Of a stretch of 50,142 bases of DNA, positions 44,843 through 50,142 are shown piece after piece; position 1 is the stretch's first letter, and every line of letters begins with the position of its first letter. Source of the DNA: Candidatus Fimivivens sp. (GTDB taxonomy: Bacteria > Bacillota > Clostridia > Oscillospirales > Ruminococcaceae); NCBI GenBank assembly GCA_031983305.1, contig DALYYK010000001.1:1-50142 (forward strand), in the 5' to 3' direction. The translations under genes and the position numbers were made by a program. The notes beneath the pieces were generated by a model. It was given only the letters and a program-made list of their open reading frames with translations, was not told the DNA's origin and did not search any database.

Positions 44843-46417
44843 ATGGGCGTTAATATTGTATCAAACGCAGTGAACGCGTTAATTTCGGGGGCGGATGAAA
44901 ACGTAAAAAAGATAGTCCAAAACATGTTGAGCTACGATGTTGATGGCGCCTCATTTTCAGGCAGTGGCGGATGGGATGGGCGTAGCACCATGTTCAACTG
45001 GTCAAAATGCTCGTTCCCGGCTGGATTCGCTCGATCTATTGCAGCAAAGCTAAACCGAGCTGGTATTCCCGCCACTCACATTCGGAAACCGATGGTTTCA
45101 GCCCTAGGCAAGCCAAATCCCGCGGTAAACCCATTCCCTTACAACCCCGATTACGCTTATCAAGATCAGACTGTCGAAACCATGGTGAAAGTGGGCGGGA
45201 TGATTGCCCAGGTCGCTACCGGTGGCGGCAAGTCGAATATTGCCTGCAAAGCAGCTGCACGTATCGGTCGTATGACACTGTTTATCACGACTCGATCTGT
45301 CCTAATGTTCCAAATGGCCGATAACTTTCAAAAATCCATCGACTATCGCGCTGAAAATGGCGAACCGTGGCTTAAGGGACAGAAGGTTGGTGTGATTGGC
45401 TCGGGCGAACTGAAGGTATCACGTCACATCAACGTTGCGACCGTTCAAACACTCTCCAGTTTTCTAAATGAGCCTGGATCTGACCTCTCTCCTGAGAAGC
45501 GCGCCCAGCACCTCAAGCGAAGAGAGCTAATCAAACAGCTTCTTGCTAGCGTTTCCCTCCTAATTTTGGAAGAAGCCCACGAATCATCTGGTTCCAGCTT
45601 CTACGATATCGCTCGTCTCTGCCACAATGCTGATTACCGTTTGGCTTTGACAGCCACCCCGTTCATGAAAGATTCAACCGAAGCAAACATGCGACTGATG
45701 GCTGTAGCCGGTCGTATCGAGATAAAGGTGACTGAAAAATATCTGATTGACAAAGGTATTTTGGCAAAACCCTACTTCTTATATCATAAAATCGCGTACA
45801 CTCCAGATGAGGCTAGGATTAAGGCTGAACTTGCATCAAAGCACCTGAACTTTCGGGTTGTTATGAGCACGCCATACCAGAAGGCTTACCAGTTAGGCAT
45901 CGTTTACAACCTAAACCGCAATGCAGCAATTGTTCGTGCCGCTGTTATGTATAGGTCACACCAGTTAAACTGTATGACGTTGGTAAAGCACAAAAGGCAT
46001 GGTCAGATCTTAATGGAGATGATGCAGGCAGAGGGATTAAGGGTCGATTTTATCTATGGAGAATCTTCCCAGAAGGTACGGCAAGCAAAACTGCAGAGCC
46101 TGGCTGCAGGCAAAATAGACATTCTCATTGGCTCCACCATACTCGATGTAGGCGTTGATGTCCCAAGTGTGGGTGCGGTAATCCTCGCTGGTGGTGGGAA
46201 GGCAGAAGTTGAGATGCGTCAGCGCGTCGGACGTGGTCTACGAGCCAAAAAGAATCAGGCGAATGTTTGTTTTATCTCTGACTTTATTGATTGTTCCAAT
46301 AAGTACCTGATGTCTCATTCCTACGAGCGCAAAAACATCATCGACACGACACCTGGATTTGCTGAAGGCGTGTTACCTGTCGATGGAAAGTTTGATTTTA
46401 ATGTTCTGGGCAACTGA
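44843..46417 (+). CDS. Superfamily 2 (DEAD/DEAH-like) helicase
   Basis: ATGGGKS, EEAH, TAT, DVGVDVP and QRVGRGLR. Confidence 0.92.
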   Translation: MGVNIVSNAVNALISGADENVKKIVQNMLSYDVDGASFSGSGGWDGRSTMFNWSKCSFPAGFARSIAAKLNRAGIPATHIRKPMVSALGKPNPAVNPFPYNPDYAYQDQTVETMVKVGGMIAQVATGGGKSNIACKAAARIGRMTLFITTRSVLMFQMADNFQKSIDYRAENGEPWLKGQKVGVIGSGELKVSRHINVATVQTLSSFLNEPGSDLSPEKRAQHLKRRELIKQLLASVSLLILEEAHESSGSSFYDIARLCHNADYRLALTATPFMKDSTEANMRLMAVAGRIEIKVTEKYLIDKGILAKPYFLYHKIAYTPDEARIKAELASKHLNFRVVMSTPYQKAYQLGIVYNLNRNAAIVRAAVMYRSHQLNCMTLVKHKRHGQILMEMMQAEGLRVDFIYGESSQKVRQAKLQSLAAGKIDILIGSTILDVGVDVPSVGAVILAGGGKAEVEMRQRVGRGLRAKKNQANVCFISDFIDCSNKYLMSHSYERKNIIDTTPGFAEGVLPVDGKFDFNVLGN

Positions 46418-46420
46418 TAC

Positions 46421-46726
46421 ATGGAAAAACCAAAACCCGTTTTTTGCCAGGTTGCTTTGAGTCCTCGCGCTAACGACAAAGTTGAAGCGTTTAAGAGCAA
46501 ACTCAGAGAATCCGGCGTCAAGATGACCAAGTCTGAAGTTATCGACATGATCGTCACAGAAGTAAACATGGCCGACTTCGCGCGGTACTCGAAAAGGGCT
46601 TTGGCCACCAGTAAAGCCGCACAAAGGATTATTGAGCTGTACAACACCACCGACATGACGGAAGAAGATCGTGACATTCTGCTCGCTGGTTTGGAACACT
46701 CAAGCATCCCAGAACCAAAGCCTTAA
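46421..46726 (+). CDS. Small RHH-like DNA-binding protein
   Basis: CQVALS…KMTKSEVIDMI pattern. Confidence 0.6.
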   Translation: MEKPKPVFCQVALSPRANDKVEAFKSKLRESGVKMTKSEVIDMIVTEVNMADFARYSKRALATSKAAQRIIELYNTTDMTEEDRDILLAGLEHSSIPEPKP

Positions 46727-46732
46727 CTTCAC

Positions 46733-46758
46733 AGTGGGCTGGTCTTGTCCAGCCCACT
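46733..46758 (+). terminator. Hairpin after 46421..46726 (weak terminator or processing site)
   Basis: AGTGGGCTGG-TCTTGT-CCAGCCCACT; no good U-tract. Confidence 0.45.
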
Positions 46759-46827
46759 ATCTCGGCACCATTCCCACCTCAACACAATCGCGTGTTACCC
46801 TGAACAAAACAAAACTTCGGACACGAA

Positions 46828-47352
46828 ATGACTATCACCGATATTACTTACGGCATACCCGCTGAGGTGTGGCCGCGCAATTATAAAGATGTTGAGCGCT
46901 CGCTTCAGTATTACCGCGCTAAGCGTGTTCCTGTAAAAGTGTCTTTAGAGGATGGGCAGGTATTCTCTCTCTTCGTATATGGGCTACTGACAGCGCGCAA
47001 CAAACTTGATTTGGCACCGCGGTTCGACGCCAACGAACACCGCGTTCGTGTGCCACTTGAGCGCGTGACAACGATTGAGACAATCAAGCAAGAAGAGGTG
47101 CAAAAGAGCTTTGAAGGCAGATTGACGATCAATGCTGATGATTACCAAAACCAGCCTTCAAAGCGCGACTTCTTTAAAGTTTGCCGCCAGGCGCACCAGA
47201 ACGAAAAGCTGATCCGCATTTACATGGCCGATGGTAGAGAAATCGAAGGTGAATCGGCGGGCGTCAATGCCAGCCAAGTAAATGTACGACAAGATGGCGG
47301 CAAGCAGCTGGTGGTGCTCTTTGATTGGGTTGACCGCATTGTGCCGTTCTAA
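46828..47352 (+). CDS. Protein with two tandem Sm/Hfq-like domains
   Basis: VPVKVSLEDGQVF…VPLERVTTI and LIRIYMADGREIEG…VLFDWVDRI. Confidence 0.6.
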   Translation: MTITDITYGIPAEVWPRNYKDVERSLQYYRAKRVPVKVSLEDGQVFSLFVYGLLTARNKLDLAPRFDANEHRVRVPLERVTTIETIKQEEVQKSFEGRLTINADDYQNQPSKRDFFKVCRQAHQNEKLIRIYMADGREIEGESAGVNASQVNVRQDGGKQLVVLFDWVDRIVPF

Positions 47353-47551
47353 AATTACCTGCGTCTGAAAGGCGTTTGCAGGTTCGCTGTGTGCCAAAAC
47401 GGATGCGCTAACAGCAACTTATTTTAATCAGCGGGCGAGTAGATTGCTCCCGATTAGAAAGGTGTAACCTCAATTACTAGAAATCGTAGTGCTCAATATC
47501 TACTGAAAAAGATATAATTCCCCCTTTAATCATAACGAAAAGAAAAAGACA

Positions 47552-47935
47552 ATGAACAAAACGAAGGGATTGGTTCTTGCAGTATTGACATCGGTTTCGT
47601 TAAACGCTACAGCTGCAAAAGACTTGATAATGCAATTGAACTGTGACGGACATGACGTGGTGTTCTCTCGGACTGCTAAAGGTAACAACCTGATTGTTGC
47701 GGATGGTGTGATGTATGACACTAGCGAAGGCACAAGAGTTGTTAAGGCTAATGATGGTTCTAATGTGACGTATCAGTTTGCTAGTCGTGAAAGCAATGGC
47801 AAATCTCTCTTTGCAAGTGTCTATTCCACTGAAGCCATGTTAGAGCAGAACAAAGCAAACTTCATCTATGACCACGACAATGAGAAGGTCAAACTTGCCT
47901 GTGATATCGTCAATCATCAGATAATAAAAGATTGA
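47552..47935 (+). CDS. Secreted/periplasmic hypothetical protein
   Basis: Sec signal peptide (…LNATAA) and two terminal Cys. Confidence 0.75.
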   Translation: MNKTKGLVLAVLTSVSLNATAAKDLIMQLNCDGHDVVFSRTAKGNNLIVADGVMYDTSEGTRVVKANDGSNVTYQFASRESNGKSLFASVYSTEAMLEQNKANFIYDHDNEKVKLACDIVNHQIIKD

Positions 47936-48093
47936 TCAGCATATGCACTTTTAGTTGGAATTGATTTCTTCTTGCCTGACTTCGTGAAACACATGGCCCG
48001 TTAGATTCAAGGTACAAAAACGCTGCAGCGTGCCGAGATACAGAAAACCTGCCGGAGCTGACGCTGTGACCAGCCCCCGGCAGGGTGAAACGT

Positions 48094-48480
48094 TTAGTTG
48101 GCGAAACCCAGAGAGGCATTTCTGAATGTCTGCCAGGTCTCTTTATCCGGAGCCGGCGGGATTTTCGCGCGGGAGACGGCTGAGAGAATGGCCTGACAGT
48201 ATTCAGGATCGCCTTTTTCAATCGCTGCGCTCAGCAGCATTCCGTCGGGCTGTATGGAAATCCTGACGGTACAGCTCTTTCCCCTGTATGACTGACTACC
48301 CGAAAACTGTTCAGTCACTGCCTGGCGTATCTGTACTAAATATCTCGCGTTTTTATCAGGTTTCGCCTGGCTCATTCCCCATATATCTTCAGGCAGAGGG
48401 GGCTGTTGTTTATCGCCGGCACAGGCACTCAGCAGAAATGGCAGGACTAACAGCAGCGGTTTGATACGTTGTGATGGCAT
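48094..48480 (-). CDS. Lipoprotein consisting of a TolA C-terminal domain (domain III)
   Basis: Lipobox LSAC; YRGKSCTVRISIQPDGMLL…GDPEYCQA…AKIPPAP…FRNASLGF aligns with TolA YAGKTCTLRIKLAPDGMLL…GDPALCQA…AKIPKPP…FKNAPLDF. Confidence 0.85.
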   Translation of the reverse strand: MPSQRIKPLLLVLPFLLSACAGDKQQPPLPEDIWGMSQAKPDKNARYLVQIRQAVTEQFSGSQSYRGKSCTVRISIQPDGMLLSAAIEKGDPEYCQAILSAVSRAKIPPAPDKETWQTFRNASLGFAN

Positions 48481-48880
48481 TGAACACTGTCCCTGTAGGT
48501 ACTGAAATGTCACATGCTAATGCCATTATTAAGGAGAAGTAAACGCCTGGAAATGGTATTCCTGTTGGATTTCTTCAGATAAAACGCCACCCGGCATGTC
48601 CGGCAGCATAGCTATACACGTGCACAAAATTATCAGCGGCGGTTTTTTACTATCGCGCCGGGGAAAGGCGTCGGATACGGCCCGTTGGCCGCAAAAACGT
48701 GCTGAGGACCTCACTGACTTTCAAAAAGCTAAGTTCAGATGTCCGGGCAGAGTAAAGATTAAATGTCCGCTATGTGCCAGAAGATGACGTTAAAAACGTA
48801 TATTTTGTGTTAAAATGAGAAGAAAAGAAGCATTCAAAGATATTCAATTAATTTTTAGCTTGCGATGGTCAATTAGCATA

Positions 48881-50142
48881 ATGAAAAATGATGAGTATAA
48901 CATGGCAGATCATGAAAAAAATGAAATAAATAAAGACACTTTGGAACAAATGTCCAACAAGGCTGATGAATTAATTCAAAAAGGAGATCGCCTACAATTA
49001 GAAAGATATACAAAAAATTTAACTGATAGACGTTTGTTTTTTGCAGACTTGATAGATGAGGCGCGATTTTTATATATAATAGGAAATTGTTATCAGGTTC
49101 TCTATCAACATAGAGATATGGAATGGTATTCTGACGACCTCAGTAAAGCTGCTATATTTTTCAGGAATGCTTTAAATATTATAAACAAATTGGTACTTCC
49201 TAATCAGGAAACTCTATTTTTAAGAAGTTGCATTGAGACAAACCTTGCGAACTCGTTAAGCGCTCAAGGTCGAGCATTCTGCTGCATACCCTTATGGGAT
49301 AAGGCTATCAATCAGAATAACCCAGTTGCAATGATCTGCAAGGCACAAAACGAATTGTTTTTGGCTAATGTACTGTATGATCCTGGCCATCAAGAATATC
49401 ACCTTTTTGTGGCTTACAAACTCATAATCCAGGGGTTAAAATATAAAAATTATTTATATGAAGAGCAGCAAGTAGCCTTTCATGAAGATGGAGAGCTGAT
49501 GAAGTTCAAAAATTGGTTTGAACATAATTTGACAGAGTCTTCTTTTAAAGAATTTGAGGCGCAAAGATACGATTTTGACACAAAAAAGCAAAGAAGTTAT
49601 CTTGCATGGTGTGGAGAGAATAATCTTTTTATTAATGACTTAAATGACGTTCTTTGTTCTGAAGTTGTTTATCAAGACATTGTTTCTCTTCCTAGTTTCA
49701 GTTATAAGTTGAATGAATCTTTATCGATGCACGAAACGCTAATGTATCACGGAAACTTCGATGAGTTAAAAAACGATTATTGTTATTCTCGTTATCTTTT
49801 CTACACCGCATTGAATATCCCACAGGAGGCAAAGCATTTTTTTAATGACACATACCCTCACGTTGAAGATATGTCACATTCATTAACAAACCTAAAATCA
49901 AGTCATTATAAAAGTGCGTTTAGGACTCTGTATTCATTATTCGACAAAATATCTTATTTCCTTCACAGGTTCCTTGAGCTTAATGATATAAAAGATGATA
50001 ACAAGATTACCTTTGATTCAATTTTTAGGGATATTTCAAAAAGGAATGCATGGGTGCCTCACCCGCGATTAAAAATGAGTAAAAACCCCTTTATTCATGC
50101 CTTATTTTATATATTAAAGGATATCAGAGATGTTAAAGATGC
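48881..50142 (+). CDS. TPR-like + LA2681-family HEPN domain protein, truncated by the window end (not in the ORF track)
   Basis: Open frame from ATG 48881 (or 48902): EWYSDDLSKA…TNLANSLSAQGR…LYDPGH…YLAWC…LFINDLND…KNDYCYSRYL…KSAFRTLYSLFDKISYFL; AT-rich. Confidence 0.8.
   Translation, partial: MKNDEYNMADHEKNEINKDTLEQMSNKADELIQKGDRLQLERYTKNLTDRRLFFADLIDEARFLYIIGNCYQVLYQHRDMEWYSDDLSKAAIFFRNALNIINKLVLPNQETLFLRSCIETNLANSLSAQGRAFCCIPLWDKAINQNNPVAMICKAQNELFLANVLYDPGHQEYHLFVAYKLIIQGLKYKNYLYEEQQVAFHEDGELMKFKNWFEHNLTESSFKEFEAQRYDFDTKKQRSYLAWCGENNLFINDLNDVLCSEVVYQDIVSLPSFSYKLNESLSMHETLMYHGNFDELKNDYCYSRYLFYTALNIPQEAKHFFNDTYPHVEDMSHSLTNLKSSHYKSAFRTLYSLFDKISYFLHRFLELNDIKDDNKITFDSIFRDISKRNAWVPHPRLKMSKNPFIHALFYILKDIRDVKD

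Larger units (their letters stand above)
1..50142. mobile_element. SSU5/pHCM2-like phage-plasmid (partial)
   Basis: Complete siphoviral morphogenesis operon together with plasmid ParA/ParG-type partitioning and ligase/primase/helicase, in the gene order typical of this family. Confidence 0.85.

Noticed and set aside
48529..48787. Short ORFs or IS remnant upstream of the TolA-like gene
   Set aside because: No recognisable protein motifs, terminal inverted repeats or transposase.
1..50142. tRNA/rRNA genes, integrase, plasmid Rep initiator with iterons
   Set aside because: None recognised in this window; they may lie elsewhere on the replicon.

Overview
This window is about half of an SSU5/pHCM2-type phage-plasmid (a plasmid-prophage with lambda-like siphovirus tail genes) from an enterobacterium; the host genus cannot be determined. 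Nearly all core genes are on the minus strand. Reading right to left: a ParB-ParB-ABC ATPase-HExxH-GNAT-wHTH module, terminase small and large subunits, portal, scaffold, major capsid, head-tail joining genes, major tail, G/GT chaperones, tape measure, M-L-K-I-J tail tip, a side tail fibre with a gp38-type adhesin, lysis genes, ParA plus partner, DnaB-like helicase, primase and DNA ligase. Accessory cargo includes a colicin M-like lipid II hydrolase, a TolA-domain-III lipoprotein, an LA2681-type HEPN protein (cut off at the window end), a small-protein+GNAT operon and an AT-rich membrane-protein gene. The most notable unexplained signals are non-coding: (1) about 15 hairpins with GGA loops before late genes (CsrA-like architecture); (2) two long structured leaders behind near-identical TTGATY-17-TAGATT promoters, one with a predicted pseudoknot that occludes the RBS; (3) a promoter-to-terminator antisense sRNA between helicase and primase; (4) three families of repeated palindromic DNA sites. 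All protein calls come from motif recognition by eye, not from database searches.
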